DNA of 64,000 bases, taken from an uncultured Gammaproteobacteria bacterium (lineage in GTDB: Bacteria > Patescibacteriota > Microgenomatia > UBA8517). The stretch is from NCBI GenBank assembly GCA_964610395.1, contig CAZSXP010000001.1, forward strand, positions 63,342 to 127,341, given 5' to 3'. The notes under the pieces are model-generated. The model was given only the letters and a program-made list of their open reading frames with translations. It searched no databases and had not been told where the DNA came from. Positions 1 to 9,260 of this stretch are shown in pieces. Made by a program: the position numbers and the translations under genes. Numbering within the stretch: position 1 is the first letter of the stretch; every line of letters begins with the position of its first letter.

Positions 1-146
1 CAAAAGTTATGAAAACTTAGCCAAATTTTTGTCAGATAGGGGCAGAATTCTCTCAAGAGAGAGAAGTGGAATTTGTGCTAAACATCAAAGAAAAATGGCA
101 GTTGAAATACAAAGAGCAAGGTTTTTAGCACTTCTACCTTTCTAAT

Positions 147-1373
147 ATGAAGTTCCCTGCCGTAAGGAAAGTAATTTTATCTTCTGTAGTAATAGGTTTA
201 ATTTTTGTTTCTGGCTATACCTTAGGAACTAATGGTTTTAAATTAGAAACAGCTTCATTTCCAAAAGTAAAAATATCAAGAGAAATTCCAGATGACAAAA
301 GAGATATTGATTTTGCTCTTTTTTGGAGAGTTTGGGATACTCTAAATAGTTCATATTATGACAAATCAAAGATAAGTCCTCAAAAAATGGTATATGGAGC
401 AATTTCTGGGATGGTTGCTTCTCTTAGTGACCCTTACACCGCTTTTCTTCCACCTGAAGAAAATAAAGTGGTTGAAGAAGATCTTTCTGGTTCATTTGAA
501 GGAGTTGGAATTCAAATTGGATTTAAGGGTAAAAACTTAGCTGTAGTTGCACCATTACCCGGATCTCCTGCTGAAAGAGAAGGGGTAAAGGCTGGAGATT
601 TTATAGTTGGAATTAGTGATCCTATTAAAGGAGTTGATATAGGAACATTTGGAATTACACTTTCAGACGCTGTGAAACTAATTAGAGGAAAGGCTGGAAC
701 TAAAGTTACACTTTTGCTTATTCGTGATGAAAAAGATGAACCAATAAAGGTAGAAATTACAAGAGAAAATTTAGATGTGCCCTCAGTAATTATGTCTTTT
801 GTTGAAAATGAAACAATAGCTCATATTAAATTACTTAAATTTGGTGCAGACACAGATTCTGAATGGGCTAAGGCTGTTTCTGAGGTTACAGCGAAAAGCG
901 GACAGCTGACAGGCATAATATTGGATTTACGTAACAATCCAGGTGGTTATTTACAAGGTGCTGTTGATATTGCAGCTGAATTTGTAAAAAAAGATTCAAT
1001 CATAGTAATTGAGGACCGAGGGCAAACAAAGAATAATTTTGCAACAAATAGGATCGGAAAATTTCAAAATATGAAAGTTGTAATTTTGATTAATGGTGGA
1101 AGTGCATCAGCCTCTGAAATATTAGCAGGAGCACTATCAGAAATTAAAGGTTATAGATTAGTAGGGGAAAAGACATTTGGAAAAGGAACAATACAAGAAC
1201 CATTGCAACTTGAAAAAGGATCATCTTTGCATATTACAATTGCAAAATGGTTAACACCAAAAGGAACATGGGTAAATGAAAAAGGAATCGACCCTGATGT
1301 TGTTGTTTCTGACAAAGATGATACAACTGAAGACGAACAACTTCTTGAAGCTATTAAAGAATTAAAAAACTAA
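147..1373 (+). CDS. ctpA: Carboxyl-terminal processing protease (peptidase S41, PDZ domain), N-terminal TM anchor
   Basis: 408-aa ORF; PDZ-like 'GDFIVGI' region plus S41 catalytic region ('NNPGGYLQGAVDIAAEF', 'LINGGSASASEILAGAL'); N-terminal hydrophobic segment. Confidence 0.85.
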   Translation: MKFPAVRKVILSSVVIGLIFVSGYTLGTNGFKLETASFPKVKISREIPDDKRDIDFALFWRVWDTLNSSYYDKSKISPQKMVYGAISGMVASLSDPYTAFLPPEENKVVEEDLSGSFEGVGIQIGFKGKNLAVVAPLPGSPAEREGVKAGDFIVGISDPIKGVDIGTFGITLSDAVKLIRGKAGTKVTLLLIRDEKDEPIKVEITRENLDVPSVIMSFVENETIAHIKLLKFGADTDSEWAKAVSEVTAKSGQLTGIILDLRNNPGGYLQGAVDIAAEFVKKDSIIVIEDRGQTKNNFATNRIGKFQNMKVVILINGGSASASEILAGALSEIKGYRLVGEKTFGKGTIQEPLQLEKGSSLHITIAKWLTPKGTWVNEKGIDPDVVVSDKDDTTEDEQLLEAIKELKN

Positions 1374-1380
1374 CATGTAT

Positions 1381-1417
1381 GGTACAGAGATTTTTTTATT
1401 TTTATTTTCTCTGTACC
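1381..1417 (+). terminator. Hairpin downstream of ctpA (10-bp stem GGTACAGAGA/TCTCTGTACC, T-rich loop); atypical intrinsic terminator
   Basis: Perfect inverted repeat seen directly; starts 8 nt after the ctpA stop. Confidence 0.4.
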
Positions 1418-1437
1418 ACACATTTGTGATTGTTTGA

Positions 1438-1551
1438 CTAAAATAGCCCTGCAAAAAAATCAGGGCCATAAGCCAAAAACCACCATAATATAAAAGCTAA
1501 CACAAACATTAACAACATAAAACTTACCCAAGACAATATTTCCTTCTTCAT
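1438..1551 (-). CDS. Possible 37-aa hydrophobic micro-protein (MKKEILSWVSFMLLMFVLAFILWWFLAYGPDFFAGLF)
   Basis: ATG preceded by GGAG-type SD; single TM-like segment; not in ORF track because shorter than 60 aa. Confidence 0.3.
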   Translation of the reverse strand: MKKEILSWVSFMLLMFVLAFILWWFLAYGPDFFAGLF

Positions 1552-1643
1552 GTTAATGCTCCTTTTTATAGGTCTAATTAAAGGCCTATAATTAAATAAA
1601 TTTGGACATGCAATTATTCCAATTTATATCCTATAATAATACT

Positions 1644-2339
1644 TTATATTATTGTTTTTGTCAAATCTATTACCTTTTCTAAATTTCCACCAAGAATTAC
1701 TTCTAAATTTCCCCATGACTTTTTAAGTCTGTGATCAGTTATTCTGTCTTGTGGGTAATTATAAGTACGTATTTTTTCGCTTCTTTTACCACTTCCAATA
1801 ACAGATCGATATCCTGCAACGGTTTTTAATTTTTCCTCTTCTTGTTTTTCAAATAGTTTTGTTCGAAGTAGTGCAAGAGCTATTATTCTATTTTGTTCCT
1901 GAAACCTCTCTTCTCTTGCTTGAACCACAATTCCTGATGGTACATGCCGTAGTCTGACAGCTGTAGACACTTTGTTTACATTTTGTCCACCATGTCCACC
2001 AGCAGTTGTAAACTGCCACTCAAGGTCCTGTGGGTTAATATGAACTTCGTTCTCGGCAACTTCTGGGAGTACTACTACTGTTGCAGTAGATGTGTGGATT
2101 CGGCCTCTTTTTTCTGTTGCGGGTACCCGCTGAACTCTATGTACTCCTGATTCGTTTTTTAGTTCGTCAAAAACATCTTGGCCTGTTATTTTTAGAGTTA
2201 AATCATCAATTTGTGATTGTTTCCAGTTTTTCTTTGTAGCAAATCTAGAATACATACGAAGAAGGTCTTGTCCCCAGAGTTTGGCTTCGTCGCCTCCTGT
2301 AGCTCCACGAATTTCTATATATGCAATTTGGTTAAGCAT
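1644..2339 (-). CDS. Class-I peptide chain release factor, RF1-type (PAT motif, GGQ motif), lacking N-terminal domain 1
   Basis: 'GATGGDEAKLWGQDLLRMYSRF', 'SGVHRVQRVPATEKRGRIHTSTATVVVLP', 'GGHGGQNVNKVSTAVRLRHVPSGIVV'; only 231 aa; start overlaps the L31 stop. Confidence 0.75.
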   Translation of the reverse strand: MLNQIAYIEIRGATGGDEAKLWGQDLLRMYSRFATKKNWKQSQIDDLTLKITGQDVFDELKNESGVHRVQRVPATEKRGRIHTSTATVVVLPEVAENEVHINPQDLEWQFTTAGGHGGQNVNKVSTAVRLRHVPSGIVVQAREERFQEQNRIIALALLRTKLFEKQEEEKLKTVAGYRSVIGSGKRSEKIRTYNYPQDRITDHRLKKSWGNLEVILGGNLEKVIDLTKTII

Positions 2340-2661
2340 TTCTTAGTGCGGATAAAGTATCTGGTCTATCCATCTCTTCTTTAATTCTTTTTTCTTGTTT
2401 TATTTTTCTTTTTTCAGATTTTGAAATAACCTTTTTTGAAGCGTGTGACAATTTTTGTTTAAAGCTTTCAACTCTTCCTGCAGCATCTAAATATTTCATT
2501 TGACCTGTATAAAACGGATGACAGACAGAACAAACTTCAACGTTAATCTCAGGAGTTGTTGCACCAACTGTGAATGTGTTACCACAAGCACAACTTACTT
2601 TTGCCGTCTTAAACCATTTTGGGTGAAGCGGTATACCGCTGTTATTTATTGTTGCCTTCAT
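2332..2661 (-). CDS. rpmE: 50S ribosomal protein L31 with a ~38-aa Lys-rich C-terminal extension
   Basis: 'CACGNTFTVGATTPEINVEVCSVCHPFYTGQ...GRVESF' matches the L31 CxxC...CxxC fold; ORF runs 109 aa. Confidence 0.8.
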   Translation of the reverse strand: MKATINNSGIPLHPKWFKTAKVSCACGNTFTVGATTPEINVEVCSVCHPFYTGQMKYLDAAGRVESFKQKLSHASKKVISKSEKRKIKQEKRIKEEMDRPDTLSALRNA

Positions 2662-2663
2662 AG

Positions 2664-3551
2664 TTATGTATTATATCTTTTTTTCTTGATCTCGGCAATG
2701 GCTACTCCAATTGCAATTATGACTGCTCCAATTATAAACATGGGTGTGATTTTTTCTCCAAGCCATAAAACAGCGATGGGTAATGAAAAAATTGGATATA
2801 AATAAGAAAATAAACTAGCCTCACCTATCTCAATTGATTTTTGTGCTTTCGTATTTAAGTAAAAGGCGAGTGTTCCAGAAATAATGGCCATGTATAAGAC
2901 ACCAATGTGATATGAAATTGGTGTCGAAATAAGAATTAATAATGAAGAATTAAGAGTTGAAGAAAATAAAACATAAGCACCAAAACAGATAAAGCCTATT
3001 ATGAAAGATATATTGGTCATGGTCATTGGATTAACATCTTTTTTAAGTAAATTTTTAGCTAAAAGAGTTGTAATAACGGTCGAAATTACGTAACCTAAAA
3101 CCAAAAGATTACCAGAAAAATTTAAGGGACCAGTTATTGTTAATGCAGTTCCAAAGATTGCAATTCCCATTCCAATTTTTTCCCTTTTAGTAACATGTTC
3201 ATGCAAGAAGTAAACTCCTACAGTTGAAATAATTAAAGGGCTTGCAAGTGTAATTAATCCAGTTTCTAAAACTGTTGTATTTTCCATACCGAAAAATAAA
3301 AGTCCTAAAGATACCACGGAATTTAAAAAACCATATAAAAGTAAAGTTAAAAATACTCCTATATTTTTAGGAATATGCATACCGTAAGTTGCAAAAATAA
3401 TCACTGCAATTATTGTAGAAATCCCAAATCTATACGTAAGGAATATAGTAGGGGAAAATCCTGCTAATGTGTATTTAATTACAGGCGACGCCACTCCCCA
3501 AATAACACCAACCACAATAAGCATTAAATAGGCGCGAATTCTTGGTGTCAT
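2664..3551 (-). CDS. EamA/DMT-family membrane transporter (10 TM)
   Basis: 295-aa polytopic hydrophobic protein with duplicated 5-TM halves typical of the EamA family. Confidence 0.65.
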   Translation of the reverse strand: MTPRIRAYLMLIVVGVIWGVASPVIKYTLAGFSPTIFLTYRFGISTIIAVIIFATYGMHIPKNIGVFLTLLLYGFLNSVVSLGLLFFGMENTTVLETGLITLASPLIISTVGVYFLHEHVTKREKIGMGIAIFGTALTITGPLNFSGNLLVLGYVISTVITTLLAKNLLKKDVNPMTMTNISFIIGFICFGAYVLFSSTLNSSLLILISTPISYHIGVLYMAIISGTLAFYLNTKAQKSIEIGEASLFSYLYPIFSLPIAVLWLGEKITPMFIIGAVIIAIGVAIAEIKKKRYNT

Positions 3552-4417
3552 ATAAGCTCAATGATACGATCGATTCCAAAAGAAAAACCAACTGCAGGAA
3601 TTTGACGTCCAGCAAACATGCCAATTAAATTATCATATCTTCCGCCACCACCAACTGACAAGTCTTGCGGCATTCCATTTAATTTCATTTCAAAAACGGT
3701 CGAAGTATAATAATCAAGGCCTCTTGCTAAAGTTGGATCAAAAAAGAAATCAACATCTTTTTTTAACTTATAATCGCTTTCTAAAATTTTAAATATTTCC
3801 AATAATCTTGGAGTGGGTGTAGATTTAGCAATAAAGTCTAAAAGACTTTGCGGCATATTTTCTTTGCCAATTTTATACATTTTGTCTATTAATCTTATTT
3901 CATCAATTGAAAGATCTTTAAAATTTTCTCTGTCATTTATAGCAAGGCGTGCCTTGTTGAAGTTCATTGCACGCATACCTTCAATACTTGCTGCAATTAC
4001 TTTTGCGTCGTCGTTTACACTTTCACTTCCAACAATGTCACAATCAAATTGTGTGAATTCTCTCGATCTTCCTTTTTGAGGCTTTTCTCCTCTAAAGACT
4101 TGGCCGATTTGGTATCTTGCAAATGTTGGATTTAATAATCCTAAGTTGTTAGAAACAAATCTTGCCAAGGGAACGGTTAAATCATAACGAAGAGCAAGTT
4201 TTCTTCCACCTCTATCTTCAAAGGTGTAAATTAACTTTTCATCTTCACCATATTTACCAAGTAAAGTTTCTGCAAATTCAATTGTTGGAGTTTCAAGAGG
4301 AGTAAAGTCAAATTTTTCAAGAACAACAGCAATCTTATTAACAAACATCCGGCGTTTTGAAGCCACATCTGGCATCATATCTTGAAAACCTTTAGGTGTT
4401 ACTGGCCCTTTTTGCAT
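3548..4417 (-). CDS. Histidyl-tRNA synthetase-like class II catalytic core (HisZ/HisRS-like), no anticodon-binding domain
   Basis: Motif 2-like 'YQIGQVFRGEKPQKGRSREFTQFDCDIVG', motif 3 'GGGRYDNLIGMFAG...PAVGFSFGIDRI'; ends right after the core at 289 aa. Confidence 0.7.
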   Translation of the reverse strand: MQKGPVTPKGFQDMMPDVASKRRMFVNKIAVVLEKFDFTPLETPTIEFAETLLGKYGEDEKLIYTFEDRGGRKLALRYDLTVPLARFVSNNLGLLNPTFARYQIGQVFRGEKPQKGRSREFTQFDCDIVGSESVNDDAKVIAASIEGMRAMNFNKARLAINDRENFKDLSIDEIRLIDKMYKIGKENMPQSLLDFIAKSTPTPRLLEIFKILESDYKLKKDVDFFFDPTLARGLDYYTSTVFEMKLNGMPQDLSVGGGGRYDNLIGMFAGRQIPAVGFSFGIDRIIELI

Positions 4418-4445
4418 ATATAATTATAATATCATATATTGAATC

Positions 4446-5330
4446 TCATTCTACAGGAGTTAAGATACTTCGTAAAGAAAAGACACCATTTTCATTTGTT
4501 CCAACTATATATATTTCTTGTCCAACTTCTAATTCTTTAATATTTGGACCCTTCCATTTCTTTGGTAATTTAATTTCGTTGATATAACTTTTTGATAATT
4601 TAACAATTTCAATTTTTTCTATCTTTACATTGTTTTCAACTAAAGGGTTTGCAATTAATATTCTTTTAGCAAGTAATACTTTGTTTCCATTAACAAATCC
4701 CATTGCTACAATGTAGTCACCAATTGCAATATCTGTAGATTTAACTTCAGCATTCTTTTTCAAGGTGTTAATATAACTTGTTTCCTCTGCAGTTGACATT
4801 TGTGCAATGTCACCTTTAGCTGTTTTTATTTGAATTGTATTAGAAGAAATATCTGTAACTGTACCAACATATGATGTTGTTTTTAATTTTTCATCTGTTT
4901 TAATGTATTTTCCAAATTCAGTTGAATATACAAGTATTATTTTTTCGACTGCATTGTTAACTGGATCATTTATACTAACTTCAGAAATTCCAGCAGGTAA
5001 ATTTACTTCCATTTCAAATGATCCATCATCATTTGATTTGCCAAAAAAGTCTTCATCGGAAGTGGAGATAATAAGATCGGTGCGTGGTTTTGTTAATCCA
5101 GCAATTTTAACTTGTAGACTAGATATAATATCATAGTCATATAGATTACTAATTGTTAATGAAACTTGATTTTTAGGGGGTGTATCTTTTTTAATATCAA
5201 TAACCTCAGCGTTTTTTTGAATTGCTTTAGTAACTCTCCAAGCTCCAAAAGCAACAATAAGACCAATTGATATACCTGCAATTATTGCAAAGATTATTTC
5301 TTTTCTCATGCAGTGGCTATTAAACCTCAA
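4446..5330 (-). CDS. Hypothetical membrane-anchored, probably extracytoplasmic, protein
   Basis: N-terminal TM ('IIFAIIAGISIGLIVAFGAW'); no recognisable motifs. Confidence 0.45.
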   Translation of the reverse strand: MRFNSHCMRKEIIFAIIAGISIGLIVAFGAWRVTKAIQKNAEVIDIKKDTPPKNQVSLTISNLYDYDIISSLQVKIAGLTKPRTDLIISTSDEDFFGKSNDDGSFEMEVNLPAGISEVSINDPVNNAVEKIILVYSTEFGKYIKTDEKLKTTSYVGTVTDISSNTIQIKTAKGDIAQMSTAEETSYINTLKKNAEVKSTDIAIGDYIVAMGFVNGNKVLLAKRILIANPLVENNVKIEKIEIVKLSKSYINEIKLPKKWKGPNIKELEVGQEIYIVGTNENGVFSLRSILTPVE

Positions 5331-5379
5331 AAACTACCATCTTGTCAAGTAAGACTTAAATAGTTAGAATGACAATACT

Positions 5380-5874
5380 ATGGAAATAGTATATAAAGAT
5401 AATCAATTTAAAATCAAAGGTAAGACAGGAATTCTTTATTCCAAAGCAAATGGAGTATTGATAGAGTCACCAGATGGCAATACTTCAAAGGAATTAAAAG
5501 GAGCTGGGGAATATGAAGTAAGTGGAATCTCAGTTATTGGTGTAAAAACTGAAGAGGGGACAATCTTCGTCTATGAAGTTGATGGATTTAGAATTTGTAA
5601 TTTAGATGGTATAACAAAAAAATTAATAGATAGTAAGTTGTCTCAGATTGGAGATGTTGATATCTTATTAGTTCCTGTTACTTCTGAATCAATTGAAATG
5701 ACCCAACAGCTTGAGAGCTATTACATTATTCCCCTCGGATACAAAAATGAAGAAGAACTTGATAAATTCTTAAAAGAAAGTGGATTAGTTGTTGAAAGAT
5801 TAAGTAAGTTTAGTATCAAAAAAGAAGAACTAATAGAGGACTCAACTGCCCAAATAATAGTACTAAATACTTAA
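5380..5874 (+). CDS. Hypothetical protein, stop/start coupled with dnaB
   Basis: 164-aa ORF ending TAAAATG into dnaB; no family recognised. Confidence 0.4.
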   Translation: MEIVYKDNQFKIKGKTGILYSKANGVLIESPDGNTSKELKGAGEYEVSGISVIGVKTEEGTIFVYEVDGFRICNLDGITKKLIDSKLSQIGDVDILLVPVTSESIEMTQQLESYYIIPLGYKNEEELDKFLKESGLVVERLSKFSIKKEELIEDSTAQIIVLNT

Positions 5875-5875
5875 A

Positions 5876-7198
5876 ATGGCAGATACAAATCAGGTTAGAG
5901 TACCACCACATTCGGTAGAAGCAGAGGAAAGTGTCCTTGGAGCTCTTTTGTTGGATAAAGATGCAGTAATAGCAGTTGCTGAATTTTTATCTCCAGAGGA
6001 TTTCTATGATGAACGCCACAAAGAAATTTATGAAGCAATATTATCTCTTTATGAAGAAAGAACTCCAGTTGATGTATTAACCGTCGCTACGCGCCTAAAA
6101 AAAACAAAAGCGTTAAAAAGAGTAGGTGGTGCGTCATACCTCACAGATATTGCAAATAAAGTCCCAACAGCAGCCCATGTTGAGCATTATGGGAAAATAG
6201 TTAAAGATCAATCAGTTAAAAGATCTTTAATGAAAGCTGCAACAAGATTAGTTGAATTTTCACTTGACGAAGGAATGTCATCAGCTGATTTATTAGATAA
6301 AGCTGAGTCAGAGGTTTTTTCACTTTCACAAAAGAATGTCAAAAAAGAATTTACTTCAGTTAGGGATACCTTAGCAGAAAGTTTTGACAGGCTTGATGAA
6401 CTTCATAAACAAGGAGAGGGTCTAAGAGGAATTGCCACAGGTTTTATTGATCTTGACAGTGCTACCGCAGGATTACAAAAGAGTAATTTAATAATACTTG
6501 CAGGAAGACCTGGTACAGGTAAATCAGCACTTGCAATGAATATTGCTCAATATGCTTCGGTTAAAAACAAAAAGAATGTTGGATATTTCTCACTTGAGAT
6601 GAGTAAGGAGGAATTAGTTGATAGACTTCTTGTTGATGTTGCTGACATAGACGCATGGAGACTTAAAACTGGAAAACTTGATGAAAATGATTTTACAAAA
6701 CTTAGCAAGGCGATGGGGATCTTGGCAGAAGCTTCGCTTTATATTGATGACACACCTGCACTATCAATTTTAGAAATGAGAACAAAAGCAAGAAGACTTC
6801 AAATTGAACATGGATTAGATTTATTAGTTGTTGATTATTTACAACTAGCAAGAAGTAGAAACCTAGAAAATAGAGTACAAGAAGTGGGAGAAATATCACA
6901 AGGCCTTAAAAATCTTGCTAGAGAACTGAAAGTTCCAGTTTTAGCACTTTCTCAGTTGTCAAGAGGTGTAGAGTCAAGAACTATCAAGAGACCTCAACTT
7001 TCTGACCTTCGTGAATCTGGGAGCATCGAACAGGATAGTGACGTTGTTATGTTTATTTGGCGCGAAGAAGATGATAATGTGGAAAATGTAATGCTTGATA
7101 TTGCAAAACATAGAAATGGACCACTTGCCTCTGTTCCATTATTCTTCAAAGGGGATAGAATTAAATTCTTCTCAAGAGACTCAAAACACAAAAAATAA
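5876..7198 (+). CDS. dnaB: Replicative DNA helicase DnaB
   Basis: Walker A 'GRPGTGKSALAMNIA', 'FSLEMS', 'ALSQLSR', N-terminal 'VPPHSVEAEESVLGALL'. Confidence 0.95.
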   Translation: MADTNQVRVPPHSVEAEESVLGALLLDKDAVIAVAEFLSPEDFYDERHKEIYEAILSLYEERTPVDVLTVATRLKKTKALKRVGGASYLTDIANKVPTAAHVEHYGKIVKDQSVKRSLMKAATRLVEFSLDEGMSSADLLDKAESEVFSLSQKNVKKEFTSVRDTLAESFDRLDELHKQGEGLRGIATGFIDLDSATAGLQKSNLIILAGRPGTGKSALAMNIAQYASVKNKKNVGYFSLEMSKEELVDRLLVDVADIDAWRLKTGKLDENDFTKLSKAMGILAEASLYIDDTPALSILEMRTKARRLQIEHGLDLLVVDYLQLARSRNLENRVQEVGEISQGLKNLARELKVPVLALSQLSRGVESRTIKRPQLSDLRESGSIEQDSDVVMFIWREEDDNVENVMLDIAKHRNGPLASVPLFFKGDRIKFFSRDSKHKK

Positions 7199-7204
7199 TT
7201 TTTG

Positions 7205-7288
7205 TGCCGGAGAGAAGATTCGGACTTCCATGACTTTTTAGGTCACACGATTTTGAGTCGTGCGTGTATACCATTCCACCACTCCGGC
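7205..7288 (-). tRNA. tRNA-Leu (anticodon CAA), type II with long variable arm
   Basis: Manual fold: acceptor GCCGGAG/CTCCGGC, D-stem GTG/CAC, anticodon stem CACGA/TCGTG with loop CTCAAAA, variable arm TGAC...GTCA, T-arm GGAAG-TCCGAAT-CTTCT, discriminator A; CCA not encoded. Confidence 0.75.
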
Positions 7289-7331
7289 AATTCTAGTATT
7301 ATACTATTTTTTAAGTTACAATAGCCACAGT

Positions 7332-7904
7332 ATGGCAAATGTTAATGCAACAGAATTAAGAAGTGGGACATCCTTTTTGTATGAAGGTAAACCATTTAAA
7401 GTTACAAAATATCAACTAATTAAAATGGGTAGGGGTGGTGCAACTGTACGTGTAAATTGTGTAAATCTTGAGACGTTTGCCAATGTCGAACATGCTTTTT
7501 CAAGTAATCTTTCTTTTGATTTAATTACTTTAAACAAAAAGAAATTTCAGTATCTATACAAAGATGCTAAAGTTGCCTATTTTATGAATACTGATACTTA
7601 TGAACAAATTGAAGTTCCACTAGCAATTTTAGGAAGCGATGTAAATTATATTAAAGAGGGAGGGGAATGCGATATCTTGTTTTGGGGAGAACGTGCCATG
7701 TCTGTTGATTTGCCTCCGAAGATAACATTAAAAGTAGTTGAATGTGACCCTGGTGTTAAAGGAAATACTGCTAGTAACTATTTAAAATCTGCCACAATGG
7801 AAAATGGACTAACTGTTAAAGTTCCACTTTTTATTAAAGTAGGAGAAATGATAAGAGTAGATACAAGATCAGGTGATTATGTAGAGCGCGCCAAGAATGA
7901 CTAA
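7332..7904 (+). CDS. efp: Elongation factor P
   Basis: 'LRSGTSFLYEGKPFKVTKYQLIKMGRGGATVRV...' aligns to EF-P over its full length; true ATG at 7332, the track ORF starts upstream in the tRNA region. Confidence 0.9.
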   Translation: MANVNATELRSGTSFLYEGKPFKVTKYQLIKMGRGGATVRVNCVNLETFANVEHAFSSNLSFDLITLNKKKFQYLYKDAKVAYFMNTDTYEQIEVPLAILGSDVNYIKEGGECDILFWGERAMSVDLPPKITLKVVECDPGVKGNTASNYLKSATMENGLTVKVPLFIKVGEMIRVDTRSGDYVERAKND

Positions 7905-8306
7905 TATTTGTGTTAAAAGTCCCCAATAAATGTTTGCATCGGATTGAATTGATTTTTGAAAACTAATCCATTTTTTGACAAATTCATTTTTCCACCCAAG
8001 CAAAAAATATGGACCCTCAACAATATCGGGTAAAATAGATGCAAAGGAAGCCAGAAGTATGTTTATATTGCCTTTTGATACAAAAGCAGTTAATACTGCT
8101 GCACAGGCTAGGTCTAATCCGATAATTAATAAAGTTTTGTTTGTTAAATATCCATATTTTTTTGTTTCAGTATTTAGATGGGGATTCCAATGAGGGGTCA
8201 TGTCAAGAACAAAATGACTAGCAAAAGCTAGTGGAATTGAGATAAGAGGATTGGGGACTGCAACGGCAATTGCAATACCTAAGGCTACGTGTGGAGTTTC
8301 TAACAT
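7869..8306 (-). CDS. Membrane protein, possibly DUF457/YdjM-like metal-dependent hydrolase
   Basis: Small polytopic protein with His-containing motifs ('SHFVLDMTPHWNPH'). Confidence 0.4.
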   Translation of the reverse strand: MLETPHVALGIAIAVAVPNPLISIPLAFASHFVLDMTPHWNPHLNTETKKYGYLTNKTLLIIGLDLACAAVLTAFVSKGNINILLASFASILPDIVEGPYFLLGWKNEFVKKWISFQKSIQSDANIYWGLLTQILVILGALYIIT

Positions 8307-8329
8307 TAGATTATGATATTATATAGCTT

Positions 8330-8899
8330 ATGCTAATTGCAAATCTACTGGGCATTTTTGTATTCCTCTTTTCTTTATGGAAGAGATTAAAAGATGATTA
8401 TCATTATGAAAAAGTATTTAATTTAGCTGTATTTATTTTAATTGGATTATCACTTGGTTTTTTTACTAGTTTAAAAATTTTTAATAGTTATTGGTTTTGG
8501 TTAGAAATAATAGGTATTGCCTTAGGTTTTGCAATTGCTATAAAAAGTCAAAAAATTAAATTTATCGAATCATTTGAAGGATTAGTCATTGGTCTTTTAC
8601 CTTGGTTGGGATTTTATCATTTAGCAAATGCTATTTTAACTCATAATTTAATTTCATTTTTATATTTTTGGTTGACTGCAGTTTCTGTCTTTTTATTTTT
8701 CTTTTTGGATGCACAATACAAAAAATTTACATGGTATAAGTCAGGTAGAGTAGGGTTTTCAGGTATAGTAACACTTGCTATCTTTTTTGTGTTAAGAGCA
8801 GGGCTTTTTTATGCAAATATATTTGAAGTAGTTTTATCGTTAACTACATCTTTACTGCTTATTATATTGCTGTATAATCTATCAAGAAATAATGACTAA
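8330..8899 (+). CDS. Hypothetical integral membrane protein
   Basis: 189 aa, multiple TM segments. Confidence 0.4.
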   Translation: MLIANLLGIFVFLFSLWKRLKDDYHYEKVFNLAVFILIGLSLGFFTSLKIFNSYWFWLEIIGIALGFAIAIKSQKIKFIESFEGLVIGLLPWLGFYHLANAILTHNLISFLYFWLTAVSVFLFFFLDAQYKKFTWYKSGRVGFSGIVTLAIFFVLRAGLFYANIFEVVLSLTTSLLLIILLYNLSRNND

Positions 8900-9260
8900 A
8901 ATTTTATTCCCAAAAGACCTTCTTAAACCTGTTGGAGATTTCTTAATGTCTAGCTTAAAAGCATTAAAAATTAGTAAAAAAAATATTTCCTCAGAAGATC
9001 CATTTAATGACAAATCAAGAGATTTAAAATATGCTTCTCCTGATACTGAAGCAGAGGAACAATTTGGGCATGCTAGAGTATCTGCAATCAAAGAAGAATT
9101 AAATCAAAAATCAAAACAAATTAAAAAAGCATTAGAAAGAGTTAGAATTGGTAAATATGGTATTTGTGAGGAATGTGGAAAAATGATTAATACAGATAGA
9201 CTTGCAGTTTTCCCCGAAGCTACAAAATGTATTAAATGTGAGAAAAAGAGAGAGAAATGA
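8892..9260 (+). CDS. DksA/TraR-family C4 zinc-finger protein
   Basis: C-terminal 'CEECGKMINTDRLAVFPEATKCIKCE' zinc finger. Confidence 0.75.
   Translation: MTKILFPKDLLKPVGDFLMSSLKALKISKKNISSEDPFNDKSRDLKYASPDTEAEEQFGHARVSAIKEELNQKSKQIKKALERVRIGKYGICEECGKMINTDRLAVFPEATKCIKCEKKREK

Noticed and set aside
1-146. Possible partial gene at the window start
   Set aside because: Too short and edge-truncated to interpret. No motif recognisable.
2500-2805. 101-aa + strand ORF overlapping rpmE and the EamA gene
   Set aside because: Antisense to two well-supported genes, Cys/Thr-rich low-complexity translation, no RBS. Typical spurious shadow ORF.
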